A stretch of 64,000 nt of DNA from Tubulanus polymorphus. Its lineage: Eukaryota > Animalia > Nemertea. Below, one piece after another: positions 25,106-38,444 of this stretch. Position 1 is the first letter of the stretch; every line of letters begins with the position of its first letter. The translations under genes and the position numbers were made by a program. The stretch is from positions 23,494,345-23,558,344 of the forward strand of contig NC_134028.1 of NCBI RefSeq assembly GCF_964204645.1, in the 5' to 3' direction. The notes beneath the pieces are model-generated. The model saw only the letters and a list, made by a program, of their open reading frames with translations, did no database searches and had not been told where the DNA came from.

Positions 25106-27265
25106 CATACCTGGTCTAATCTATTTCACTATCCGCTTTAACTAAATTGCTACGTTCCGATCACGTGGAATCTGTCAGTTAACCATGCTCAATCCAAGGC
25201 AAGAAAATTAACTCGATAGTTTAATGAAGCTTTGGAAAATATTATCGCATATTGCTTGATATTGTCGACAATGAACGATACAATATACATCATTTGATAA
25301 TTAAGGATCTATGAAGTTGTTTCAGATTTGAAAATATCGATAATTGAATTTGAATTGGCCGGCAACCAGTCTAGCCCAGATATATTGACGACGTAGTGCA
25401 CATCTCCTCAAAAATAATTTTCAAATTTCATCAGAAATAAAATTAGAGTTATGAAATATATCTAATTACAAAATGAACGCCAAAATTCTCAATAGTCATT
25501 TTGAAACTCTCAAGATGGATGACATAAGCACTATCGTAAGACTAGATATCGGATATGAATTATGTTTTATAGATTATGAACGTATCTAAGCGTTTTCCAG
25601 AATAAATGTATCAATATAATGTAGATCAACTTATCTCTTCTTGACAAGGGATCTATATACTTAACAGGGTGCCATAATTTCCAAATTTTTCGGATGATAC
25701 TAGGTTTATTTCATATTTTATATGCGTACATTCCATTTCTTATACAAATTTCTATTTGTTTAGAATCGTGATAAATATGGACGAATTAAAATTCTATGTG
25801 ACGCTAACGAACAGGAAAAGACTAGCTGGGCGTGGAGGCAACGATGAAGCTGGTTGGTACGGACCAATGAACTACGCCTTGATGGCTGACCTCACCAAAG
25901 TAAGTACCAAGTTCCGAAGTTTCAAACCTCTTTTCATTCCAGTTCATTTTGATCCATATTTTACAAAAAAAAATTCTGAGCACATATAAGTCCGTCCTAC
26001 AATACATATTAAATATTACATATCACATGGTGGCCAGAAGATGACCAAAAAAATTAAATAAAACAATTTCGCAGGAGTTTTTGTAAGTACATACATTGAT
26101 ATAGATCTGATACAATAAATAACGCTTTTTAAAGAATACTTATGAATCGCTATCGCTAAAAGAGGAATATAGTGCACTGTAAGCCTAACTGGTGAGGAAT
26201 TCAGGGGGTAGTGTTATAACAGTTTATTTGCCTCTTTAATATAACGGGCAAGCCGTTTCTTGTACTTTGCCGTGTTAAAAAGTGCCTGAGGTGCGTATAG
26301 ATTTGATCGCCTGTTTTTAGTAATTGTGTAAATAAAGTTACATTCTAGAATGAAATGGAACTCGTTACCGACGAGGTTCATAATGCACTTATCGCATATG
26401 CGTTCATCCCTAGGGATATTATAGAAACGACCGGTCTCAATTGGTAGTTTGTGATTTGAGCATCTTAATCTACATATCATTATACAAATACATACTGAGT
26501 AACTTTGCGGCATTAGTGGAGTTTGCGAGGTTTGTAATCTAAATAATGATATTCAGATATCACATTTTTACAGAATATAATATCGAGTAAAACAGGCAAT
26601 CGTTGTGCGAACGCATATTTTAAATGGGCGAATCGTCAGTGGAAGAACATAGGAACAAATTTTGAAATCATTCGCTGTTACCCAAGTGAGTAAAAATGAC
26701 ATAGCTTCACATATGCGATAAGGATGAGAACAGCGATTTGTAATGATTTTGTTATTTTAGGATATACAGAAAGTTCTACCGTGTCGAACAGAACGGACGA
26801 TTCTGGAATGAGAATGACATTCATGTTACGTAGAATGTTCAGTGCATTCAATTTGACCTACTCACTAGCAGACTGTCAATTGATCGAAATTTCTGGATTT
26901 AAATTCATGCCACGTGGAGGTAAAAAAAAACAAAATATTCGCTAACGCTGATAAGTATATGCACCTTCTTTTACGTCAATGCTTTTCACTATGTAGGTAA
27001 AGTAGTGTATCCTAAGTTTGACATAAAGATTGACAAATTGGATGCAAAAGAACTTGACGGGGTAAAACCATGTGATGGACCGATGAGAGTAATTCCCGCA
27101 TACGTAAGTTCAAGAAACAGTGCAATGAGAAAATGGGTTCGGTCCCCGTCGAATCGCTGAATACTTTTGAGTTTCTGTGGTTTTTTCTTTCAGGAAATAC
27201 CATCACTCCTGCCCTATCCATTCGACGATCTGCCTGGAGAAGATATTGTCTTTGACTTTTTATAA
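24848..27265 (+). CDS. EPDR-like secreted protein, copy A4
   Basis: Six exons in frame; exon 3 NIISSKTGNRCANAYFKWANRQWKNIGTNFEIIRCYP has the ependymin-type CxP; ends EIPSLLPYPFDDLPGEDIVFDFL*. Confidence 0.7.
26214..26560 (-). mobile_element. Non-LTR retrotransposon (RTEX-like) C-terminal CCHC fragment in the A4 intron between coding exons 2 and 3
   Basis: ICRLRCSNHKLPIETGRFYNIPRDERICDKC...NEFHFILEC is the typical C-terminal motif of RTEX-type LINE ORF2. Confidence 0.8.
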
Positions 27266-27579
27266 CTGACTATGTATTACAATAAACAGAATCATCAGTA
27301 TTTATTGCTGTTCTGTATTTCATGTAACCAATGAAACACTATCGCCGAGCTGTGAGGATAATATGGAACCTCCCTTTCTAATAGTGAATAATCAAGTCTG
27401 AAATCTTACTTAAGCTAATAGTTTATTCGGATTTTCAACTATAACCTAAAAATAATCATCTTCAAGAATACTGAATTGAAGCAACACTTTTGAATACGTA
27501 TTTTCAAAAGATTGTTAAATCTATATATTATTATAATAAGATTATATCGGTAATTTTTTAAATTCATCTAATTCTAAAT

Positions 27580-28189
27580 TCCATTAGTGCATTAGCTTAT
27601 GCACTATCTTCAATCATCATTAAAGAACCTAAATATACACGAGGCGTGGAATTCACGCTATCTAAAATATCATTACTTTACGTTTTTCTTGATGAAATTC
27701 CATCGTCGTCGAAACCACCAACTGGCTAAAGATTTTGTCAAAAAAAAAGATTCCCAGAACACAACATAATCGTCGACGTTACAACAAGGAATTCAAAATG
27801 CGACGAACATCAGATATAAATGGTTACCAGTTCGACTTGATTATTATCTTGATTTGATCTACTATGTCTCAACTCTGCGGTCTATATTCAAGGCGAAGAA
27901 GGCCGCCAGTTCGGCTCGATCCAATCACGACAAAAGTTATCTATTCATCGTCAAACTTTCATTGATAATGGGTCTGACGTGGTGTCTCGGTTTATTCGTT
28001 TCGATGTTCGATTCTGATATACTTCGTATTTTTTATACGACGTTCAACGGGTCCCAGGGATTCCTCATTTTTGTTTGCTTCGTGTTGAGGCCAAAAGTTT
28101 TTCGCTTGTATCGGCGACTTTTTGAAACGTGTTGCAATAACAACGGTGTTGACATTGTTATAATAGTGTTTAGGCCAGATCGATACTAA
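27580..28189 (+). pseudogene. Internally deleted GPCR copy (B-psi1)
   Basis: Retains the B upstream sequence (CCATTAGTGCATTAGC...GAGGCGTGGAATTCACGC) and a frameshifted ectodomain scrap (GATTCCCAGAAC...TGGTTACCAGTTCGACTTGATT), then jumps to TM5-TM7; no signal exon. Confidence 0.85.
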
Positions 28190-28417
28190 ACGAAAAAACA
28201 GTAAACAATATCCAAATAAATTGATTTAGATTTTGAAGTATCTTCATCTCTTTCCGGGCGTGAAAATTTGGTATATTCAAAGACGTTCGTCGTCAACAAG
28301 GCTTTGAGTAGTTGTTAATAAAAGACTTATGGCTCCAGTGTTTTACCAAACAATGCGAAGTAAAACATTACACTCATGAAAAATTTATCAAAATTTACTT
28401 ATCTTTGTTCAGCGTCA

Positions 28418-28576
28418 TACGGATGCCTACGGAAGCCCCTTGGTGACATATGAGATAATCTTTTTCACAATTTCGACTTATTATGTCTAAATTCGACTTA
28501 ATACGAAATTCGACATCAAAAGTCGAAGTCGAAATTATGAGAACATTATCTCGTCCGTCACCTAGAGGCTTCCGTA
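28418..28576. mobile_element. MITE with TACGGAAGCC...GGCTTCCGTA ends and 6-bp target duplication
   Basis: Flanked by GCGTCA/GTGTCA; the paralogous empty site near 17730-17750 reads GTTCA-GTGTCA-ACTTTTAATG. Confidence 0.8.
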
Positions 28577-29407
28577 GTGTCAACTTTTAATGAAACAGTC
28601 TTTCTATATAACTACCTACTCTTAACGTTATCTATTACTGGTACATACACGCACCGAACGCGGAAGGCGACATATTTCCGACGCGACTATTCTTAATGTT
28701 TTTTGACGCGCATCACTATGCCAAAGTTTAAAGAAAAATCAATACAGATAATCGGGCGCCAGAAATACGGAGAGAAATAGATATTTTTTCGTGGGAACGA
28801 AATAATCTTTTCGTTGCCACGAAAAACATTTCGTTCGTTCATTCTTCAACTATTTCAAAGATTTACCTTTATTTCAAGAGAAACCACCATATTGTCACGA
28901 TATAAACGATATATATGATAAATGCCCACGAGAGGTTCTCACGATTTTGCAGACGTTACGTAATCATCAATTCACATTTCAGGCCACGAAATGCCAACTA
29001 ACTTTTTCCTCTGCGTTATTACGGGCGAAGACTGGGACAAAAATATTTAACAGGAAATAACAGCTAATACAATAAATAAGTGGACAATCTACGGGTTAGT
29101 GGTTAGAATTATTAGCTTATGGTTATTTTATTTGGATTGGAGCTCAATCTTGAATGCAAAGTTCGTTCAGTAATAGGCATCATTACCATCTATCACAAAA
29201 CACCAGTTACGTAGTGACTGCCAAAATGTAATAACCTATAAATAGAATTAAGCGTGGATTTTTCTACGTATATGTCATTTCATAGCGAGAAATTGCGAGA
29301 AAAGGTACCACGCTCATGTAAGCTTATAATGAACGACTTTATCTATACAATCTGTTAACCGTATATATGTCTTGAAGGCTCGAAACAAAACGTTGTTCAC
29401 TTTCAGG

Positions 29408-31077
29408 ATGATTCCTACATTGATAGCGTTCATTGCTGCGGCGTTTGGAGTCAGTAATGCTTTCTATATAGAAAAGCGTGATGATGTTGGAGCCGAATGT
29501 GGCTGTGTTCCACGTCAATTTGGTGGCAACTATGAATTCCGTATTGTGGATACTGGTCGCAAGAATGATCCTAATAAGGAATTGACAACTTTCATCCTCG
29601 AAGGACGGTATGTGCTATCGAGTATTATGATAAAAAATTGGGAAGTTAGAGAAATCCATTTATCATATCTGCTATTTTCCGATATCACACATCTGTTTCA
29701 CTATTTGCTTTAAGTACGTAGAATTTTACGTTCAGGTCATGCGGAATTTGTCAATTGACCATGCTTAACACGACGTATTTAGCTCTGCATGTCAGTCATC
29801 TCAGTGGTCCTATCTATAGGTCATTATAGATATTATATAAGTTGTTGATATATCCAGGGATGAAAAATTGACTCGGAAGGTAAAAGGTTAATCGCATTCT
29901 AGTCTAGCCCAACCCTTTACCCAACCATTCATCGTATTTAAGTCGTTTAGATAATTTTTCATCCCTGGCCTATTTTACCTTACCCTTGTAAATAGATTGT
30001 TAGACAATTCGATGTCGGGTACGAATTCTATTTCATATTATATATCTAAGCGTTTTTCCCAAGAATTAAGGTCAGATGAGTTTAAGAGTGTCTCGAAGGA
30101 AGAAGCAACGGATCTACGAACTTAACAACGGGCGATAAATTTCAATTTGTCTTTCGGAGGTTCTTTGAGATTCGAAAGATTTCATTTTTCATACGATATT
30201 GTTATTCGTTTAGAATCGTGATAGACATGGACGTAAAGAAATTATACGTGGCGATAACGAACAGGAAAAAACCAGCTGGAATTGAAGGCAACAATGAAGC
30301 TGGTTGGTATGGACCGTTGGACTATGCCTTCATGGGTGACTTCACCAAAGTAAGTACACATACTTGAACTAAATGAAACTTCGCAATTCTTAATTCAAAT
30401 TTGATCCAATTGTCACATTTTTACAGAATATACTATCAATGAAAACAGGAAGTTTTTGTATAAACGCACATTATGAATCGGCCTTTCTTCGAAGGAAAAA
30501 ATTGGGGGAAAAGCTTGATAGCATTCGCTGTTTCCTAAGTGAGTAAAAATGAAATAGCTCCATGTATACGAAAAGGATGTAAACAGCGATTTGTAATGAT
30601 TTTGATGTTTTAGGAAATACAGACAGTTCTACCGTGTCGAACAGAACGGACGATTCTGGAAAGGGAATGACATTCATGTTACGTGAAATGTTCAGTGAAT
30701 TCAATTTGACCTACTCGCTACCAGACTGCCATTTGAACGAAATTTCTGGATTATATTTGTTACCGCGTAGAGGTAAAAACAAATAAATATTCGCTTACGC
30801 TGATAAGTATATGCACCTTCTTATCCGTAAATGCTTTTCACTATGTAGGTGAGGCGGTCTTTCCTAAGTTTGACATAAGCATTGACAAATTTGATGCGAA
30901 GGAACTTGACGGGGTAACATTATGTGATAAACCGATCAAAGAAATATCTACACACGTAAGTTACACATGAGCAAATGTGGACCCCTTCGTCGAATCGATG
31001 AAATATTTTTAAGCTTCTCTGCTTTTATCTTTTAGCAAATACCATCACTCTTCTTACCCTATCCGTTCAACACATGA
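29408..31077 (+). CDS. EPDR-like secreted protein, copy A5
   Basis: Six exons in frame: CGCVPRQFGG, IVIDMDVKKLY, FCINAHY..RCFL, YSLPDCHL, TLCDK, QIPSLFLPYPFNT*. Confidence 0.7.
29854..29968. mobile_element. Small TIR element in the first coding intron of A5
   Basis: CCAGGGATGAAAAATT ... AATTTTTCATCCCTGG perfect 16-bp inverted ends; not seen in the other A copies. Confidence 0.7.
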
Positions 31078-31583
31078 TTGGCCTAAAGTAGTTCCGCGAA
31101 TGAACTGAGAATGAAAACAATTGAACTCGTATGGATTATGAATAACTGACTACGTATTACAATAAACAGAATCATCAGTATTTATTGCTATTCTGTATTT
31201 CATCTATACCTTTATAACCATTTAAACACTCTGTATGATATAGAGAATGCAGTCACGCTATCTTGTGAAAATAAAATCCGAAATGTTTCTTGAGCTCATG
31301 GTCTATGCGACCTTTCGACTTTAACCTAATAGTCACCTTTAGTCGTTTGAGACACGTATATTCTATCGATTGCCTGTTTTTCACAACAATCACATGTATA
31401 TTTTAAAAAGAATGTTTTAAAGGCGTTTTATTCGTAAGTCCATTAGTGCATTAGCTTCTGCGCGATCTTCAATCAACATTAAAGAACCTAAATGTATAAG
31501 GCGTGGAATTCACGCTATTTAGATATCCATTACTTCGAATATTTCTTTTGAAATTCCGCCGTCGTCGACACCAGTCAGAAAAC

Positions 31584-34247
31584 ATGTTCGCTATCGTCAC
31601 AGTTCTCGGCATCTTATCTCAAATAGCGACGCTTTGTTCGTCGAAGAAGATTTATAGCGGTAAGTTCATATCGATTCAGTGTTCGACTCGGCTTTAAAAT
31701 CATCATTCACGCTGTTGTTGTCTGTCATGATTCTACGATATTTTGGATGCTGTTTTAGGTGCTTCGACGAATGTGTCCAATTGTAATAACGGTGGCAACT
31801 GGTGTTCCGAAACCGAATTCTGTCATTCAATGGGAACATGTTGTCCGAGTTATGAAACTAGTGAAAATAAGTCAATCGTGATGGGCGGGGATGAGAAATT
31901 GGAAAGCGATCAGTTTTCCTACTACACCAGTTGCGTCAATTTCGACGTGCCATATTTTGAAATGCATGCCAAAGGACGTGACGATCTTTGGGCAGTATCG
32001 ATGTGTCCGCTGCAGTACCGCGATAACTCAATCCGTCAACTTTGCCAAAATCCTTCTGACATAGATGACAATTCGCAACTCTCCGACCTAATCCAATATA
32101 CACCAGTCATTTACAAAAAAGTGCTCTTTCGAAACTTTTATTGCTTTAGTTGTCATATAGACATCGTTCCAGATAATTTCGAATTGAAACAAATCCAAAT
32201 TGAGTTCGTCAAACCGGAAATTTCACGGCTAAAAGATAGTCCCACCGTTGACATCAAACTGTTCCCACGATTGAAAAATTCGTACGACGTAAAATTCAAA
32301 TGGGACACTTATCTGACGACGAGATGTTTTAACGCGGATGTTCATCGACAGATTACGAGGTGTCCGAATCATACGGATTCGTTATGTCATCATTACGTGG
32401 AAACAGTGAGCCATACACGACTCAACATCATGTTCAGGAACTACCACTGCGCTGTTTGCCACGGTTTTAACCTCGAAGAACTCGCCTGTCATCAATCGTA
32501 CCGGGCTGACTTCGCGCGTGCATTTGCCAGATTATCGATCTTGTTTGACCTATCAAAACCAGATGTAACTGTAGCGCAACTGCGCCAATTTGGGACATTA
32601 GTGGACTCGTCGCTAGGGTGTAAAGTCCCGGGTATGATCTACAATACAATCACCAAAATGTGTCAAAATCGTTCTGACTTCGAGGAAATGTTTCCAGAAT
32701 CACATCTATATCGACAGGTCTACGTAAATTTGCGATTGCAGCACATATCTAAAACAAAATACGCTCATTTTTTCGACAAGCTGAAAAATACATTTAGCGT
32801 CTTCACGGGCGATTTTAATGCTAATATTTCTATAGTGACAAACTGGTGCAACGAATCGACGTGTTTACATGTGATCAGTTTCACGCTGAAAGTTTTCACC
32901 GATTTGACCGAGAGTCAAATACACGACAAAATAACGATCTCCGCCGAAACACCGAATTCGGAACACGATATTTTCAAAATCGTACAACTAACAGTCGCAA
33001 ACTTTGAAAACCACCAACCGCAAAAAGATTGCGTCAAAAAACGATTCCCAGAACAAAACATATCGTCGGCGATACAACAAGGAATTCAGTATATTCGACT
33101 AGTCGATGAATCAAATAAGAATGCGACAGACATGCGATCTAGATGGTTACCAGTTCGACTTGATTCCGGGGTTCATATCAAATACATTCAACGAAATGGA
33201 AGAAAACGAAAAGAAATCTTCGTTTGCAAACGAAAGTTTTGTAAAACCGAAAGGATTTTCAGTCGTTCATTTTTTACCAATTCGACAAGTGGATTGAGCT
33301 TAGTAATTCCAGGCGATTTGGATCTAACTCTAAATAGAGATCAGGTGATATTGATGGGTAATATCTCGGTCGTCTGTCTGGACGAATTTCTAGCACGTCA
33401 TTTGACTGACTCTACGAACATCGAAGGTATTATAACTGTAGTCACGTGTTCCTTGTCCCTAGCAGGACTAATGTCGCTTCTACTGACCTATTCTTTATTC
33501 TCAGCTTTGCGGACAGTCCCCGGTTTGACGCTGATGCATCTGTCCGCTTCGCTATTCCTCGTCGTACTTATTTTCAACGCGATCATATCACGGGAATTCC
33601 TGACGCATTATTGGATGCTCTGTAATATCCTCGGTATTTCTACTCATTATCTCTGGTTCGTCGTTTTCTCTTGGACCACTGTGATCAGTTACGATACGTT
33701 CCACGCGTTCAGCAATTCAACAGTCGCCGAGAACTCGCAGAAGCTCCTAAGATATCGCTATTATTGTTTATTCGCGTGGTTATTCCCGCTTTTCCCCATA
33801 TTCATATTCACCGCAATAACCTTCGCGTTACCCGATACTGGATTCAAATACGCCGACCAACGAAAGAAAATTTGTTGGATCTCAAATCGGCTGCAACTTG
33901 TGTGTACATTTCTGTCTCCGATTTTAATTCTATGTTTAACTAATTTGATCTACTATGTCTTAACTCTGCGGGCTATATTCGAGGCGAAGAAGGCCGCCAG
34001 TTCGGCACGATCCAATCGCGACAAAAGTTATCTATTCATCGTCAAACTTTCATTGATAATGGGTCTGACGTGGTGTCTTGGTTTATTGGTTTCGATGTTC
34101 GATTCTGAAATACTTCGTATTTTCTACACGACGTTCAACGGGTCCCAGGGATTCCTCATTTTTATTTGCTTCGTGTTGAGACCGAAGGTTTTTCGTTTGT
34201 ATCGACGACTTTTTGAAACGTGTTGCAATAACAACGGTGTCAAGTAA
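31584..34247 (+). CDS. Class B Methuselah/adhesion-like GPCR, copy B2
   Basis: Signal exon from ATG 31584 plus an 834-aa ORF highly similar to B1; intact 7TM. Confidence 0.9.
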
Positions 34248-34577
34248 TATTGTAATAATAGTGTTTAGACCAGATCGATATTAAACAGAAAATATGTAAA
34301 CGATTCCAAAACTACGAAAAATCAGCGATGGAATAATATCTCAATAAAAATGATTTCATTTTTGAAAAATATCTTTGTCTTTTCCCGGGTGTGGAGAATT
34401 CTGTGTGTGGCATATTCTAACGAGGACTTTTAGTGGTCGTTAAAAATGTACTGTCCAAAGCGATAGACAACAAACGGGTGACATGCCAGTAATGAGACAG
34501 AATATTAGAAATTGGTTCGAACAAGAAATCATTTAATCATGAAGTAGACAATTAAAAGAATGTACAATATTGATAAA

Positions 34578-34860
34578 AAATATGCGCTTAACCGTTTCGT
34601 CGATGCTTGAAACGAACTTGATTTTTCAGCGAATCATTTTCAATATCCAGCTTCGCCATGTGACTAATGATTATGGGCGAGAACTAGAACGAAAATATCT
34701 TACAGGTAATAACAGCTGATAGTAATAAATAAGGGGACGATCTACGTGTATGAATTTAAATGTCGTCTTCAATATGCGTCATAACCATTTCAAAACAATG
34801 ACGGACAAAAGTTGATCACCTACAAGTAAGGCGTGGATTTTCCTGCGTATGTTCAATTTA
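34578..34860. pseudogene. Duplication junction: 3' fragment of the PKI-repeat gene fused to a remnant of the A-gene upstream region
   Basis: 34578-34666 matches ~38983-39071 (minus strand SHMAKLDIEN..VRFKHRRNG*). 34670-34860 matches the A upstream region at ~11318-11580. Confidence 0.75.
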
Positions 34861-35492
34861 ATTCAACGATCTCTTTATTGTACTGAATACACCACTTTCT
34901 GGCCGAGATGTACAGAGTGATATCTACAAAATAGTATTTTACAAACCATAGACGCGAAAATCTACGCGCTAAATGCAACAAACAATATGAAGAAGGGGTC
35001 GAGTCACAAGAATTCTTTGGAGTAAATCTAATTTTTTCTTTCAGAACATACCGTTACTCTTACCCTACGACTTTATACTCTGCAGCCCTTAAACCTAGAA
35101 TTCGCTAGTGATTCTAGAATCCCATGAATAATAACTGAAGATAAAAGAAATTAAACTCGTGTAGATTATGTATTACACGTGCTACTGACATGATCACAAG
35201 TATGCATCGTTATTCTGCCGTTATTTTTGCCATACGTGTATTCAGATGCCCACTTTTTACAACGGCGAAATTCACGGGTATACAAATTGCCTACTATTTT
35301 TAATAAGATTATATCAGCCACTTTTATACGCGTCTAACTCTAAACGCCATTAGTGCATTAGCTTTTGCGCTATCTTCAATCATCATTTAAAAAAAAAACT
35401 AAATGTAGACGAGGCGTGGAATTCGCGCTAATATCATTACTTTAAATATTCCTTATGAAATTCTTTATCGTCGTCGACGCCAGTCAGAAAAC

Positions 35493-38163
35493 ATGTTCGC
35501 TATCGTCACAGTTCTCGGCATCTTATCTCAAATAGCGACGCTTTGTTCGTCGAAGAAGATTTATAGCGGTAAGTTCATATCGATTCAGTGTTTCATCGAC
35601 TCAGCTTTAAAATCATCATTCACGCTGTTCTTGTCTGTCATAATTCTACGATATTTTGGATGCTGTTTTAGGTCCTTCGACGAATGTGTCCAAATGTAAT
35701 AACGGTGGCAACTGGTGTTCCGAAACCGAATTCTGTTATCTAATGGGAACATGTTGTCCGAGTTATGAAACTAGTGAAAATAAGTCAATCGTGATGGGCG
35801 GGGATGAGAAATTGGAAAGCGATCGGTTTTCCTACTACACCAGTTGCGTCAATTTCGACGTGCCATATTTTGAAATGTATGGCGACGTACGTGACGATCT
35901 TTGGGCAGTATCGATGTGTCCGCTGCAGTACCGCGATAACTCAATCCGTCAACTTTGCCAAAATCCTTCTGATATAGATGACAATTCCCAACTCTCCGAC
36001 CTCATCCAATATACACCAGTCATTTACAAAAAAGTGCTCTTTCGAAACTTTTATTGCTTTAGTTGTCATATAGACATCGTTCCAGATAATTTCGAATTGA
36101 AACAAGTCCAAATTAAGTTTGTCACTCCGATGATTCCACGGCTAGCAGATAGTCCCACCGTTGACATCAAACTGTTCCCACGATTAAGAAATTTGTATGA
36201 CGTAATATTTGAATGGGACAGTTATGTGACGACGAGATGTTTTAACGCGGATGTTCATCGACAGATTACGAGGTGTCCGAATCAGACGGATTCGTTATGT
36301 CATCATTACGTGGAAACAGTGAGCCATACACGACTCAATATCATGTTCAGGAACTACCACTGCGCTGTTTGCCACGGTTTCAACCTCGAAGAACTCGCCT
36401 GTCATCAATCGGACAACACATTTTTAATGAATGTATTCGCTAAATTATCGATCTTGTTTGACCTATCAAAACCAGATGTAACTGTAGCGCAACTGCGCCA
36501 ATATGGGAAATTAGTCGACTCGTCGCTAGGGTGTAAAGTCCCGGGTATGATCTACAATACAATCACCAAAATGTGTCAAAATCGTTCTGACTTCGAGGAA
36601 ATGTTTCCAGAATCACATCTATATCGTCCCCTGTACGTATATTTGCGAGTACAGCATATATTATCTAAAACCAAATACGCTCCTTTTTTCGACAAGCTGA
36701 AAAATACATTTAGCGTCTTCGCGGGGGATTTTAATGCTAATATTTCAATCGTGACAAACTGGTGCAACGAATCGACGTGTTTACACGTGATCAGTTTCAC
36801 GCTGAAAGTTTTCACCGATTTGACCGAGAGTCAAATACACGACAAAATAACGATCTCCGCCGAAACACCGAATTCGGAACACGATATTTTCAAAATCGTA
36901 CAACTTACAGTCGCAAACTTTGAAAACCACCAACCGCAAAAAGATTGCGTCAAAAAACGATTCCCAGAACAAAACATATCATGGACGATACAACAAGGAA
37001 TTCAGTATATTCGACTAGTCGATGAATCAAATGAAAATGCGACAGACATTCGATCTAGATGGTTACCAGTTCGACTTAATTCCGGGGTTCACATCAAATA
37101 CATTCAACGAAATGGAAGAAAACGAAAAGAAATCTTCGTTTGCAGACGAGAGTTTTGTAAAAACGAAAGGATTTTCAGTCGTTCATTTTTTACCAATTCG
37201 ACAAGTGGTTTGAGCTTAGTAATTCCAGGCGATTTGGATCTAACTCTAAATAGAGACCAGGTGAGATTGATGGGTAATATCTCGGTCGTCTGTCTGGATG
37301 AGTTTCTAGAGCGTCATTTCGCTGAATCTACGAACATCGAAGGTATTATAACTGTAGTCACGTGTTCCTTGTCCCTAGCAGGACTAACGTCGCTTCTACT
37401 GACCTATTCTTTATTCTCAGCTTTGCGGACAGTCCCCGGTTTGACGCTGATGCATCTGTCCGCTTCGCTATTCCTCGTCGTACTTATTTTCAACGCGATC
37501 ATATCACGGGAATTTCTGACGCATTATTGGATGCTCTGTAATATCCTCGGTATTTCTACTCATTATCTCTGGTTCGTCGTGTTCTCTTGGACCACTGTGA
37601 TCAGTTACGATACGTTCCACGCGTTCAGCAATTCAACAGTCGCCGAGAACTCGCAGAAGCTCCTAAGATATCGCTACTATTGTATATTTGCGTGGTTATT
37701 CCCGCTTTTCCCCATATTCATATTCTCCGCAATAACCTTCGCGTTACCCGATACTGGATTCAAATACGCCGACCAACGAAAGAGAATTTGTTGGATCTCA
37801 AATCGGCTGCAACTTGTGTGTACATTTCTGTCTCCGATTTTAATTCTATGTTTAATTAATTTGATCTACTATGTGTTAACTCTGCGGGCTATATTCAAGG
37901 CGAAGAAAGCCGCCAGTTCGGCTCGATCCAATCGCGATAAAAGTTATTTATTCATCGTCAAACTTTCATTGATAATGGGTCTGACGTGGTGTCTCGGTTT
38001 ATTGGTTTCGATGTTCGATTCTGAAATACTTCGTATTTTCTATACGACGTTCAACGGGTCCCAGGGATTCCTCATTTTTGCTTGCTTCGTGTTGAGACCG
38101 AAGGTTTTTCGCTTGTATCGACGACTTTTTGAAACGTGTTGCAATAACAACGGTGTCAAGTAA
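35493..38163 (+). CDS. Class B Methuselah/adhesion-like GPCR, copy B3
   Basis: Signal exon from ATG 35493 plus an 835-aa ORF; intact 7TM. Confidence 0.9.
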
Positions 38164-38444
38164 CATTGTTATAATAGTCCCAATAAATTGATTTAGATTT
38201 TGAAGCATCTTCATCTTTTTCCGGGCGTGAAAATTTGGTATATTTAAAGAGGTTCGTCTTCAACAAGGCTTTGAGTAGTTGTTTATAAAGGATCAATGGT
38301 TCAATGTCTCGCCAAACAACGCGAAGTAAAATGTTACACTATATAAACATTTAATTGATAGAAAATTGTCTCGATTTTATTCAGTGTAAACCTTTAATGT
38401 CTTTTATTAAAACGACCTCATACCTCGACTAAGTCTTAAGACGC

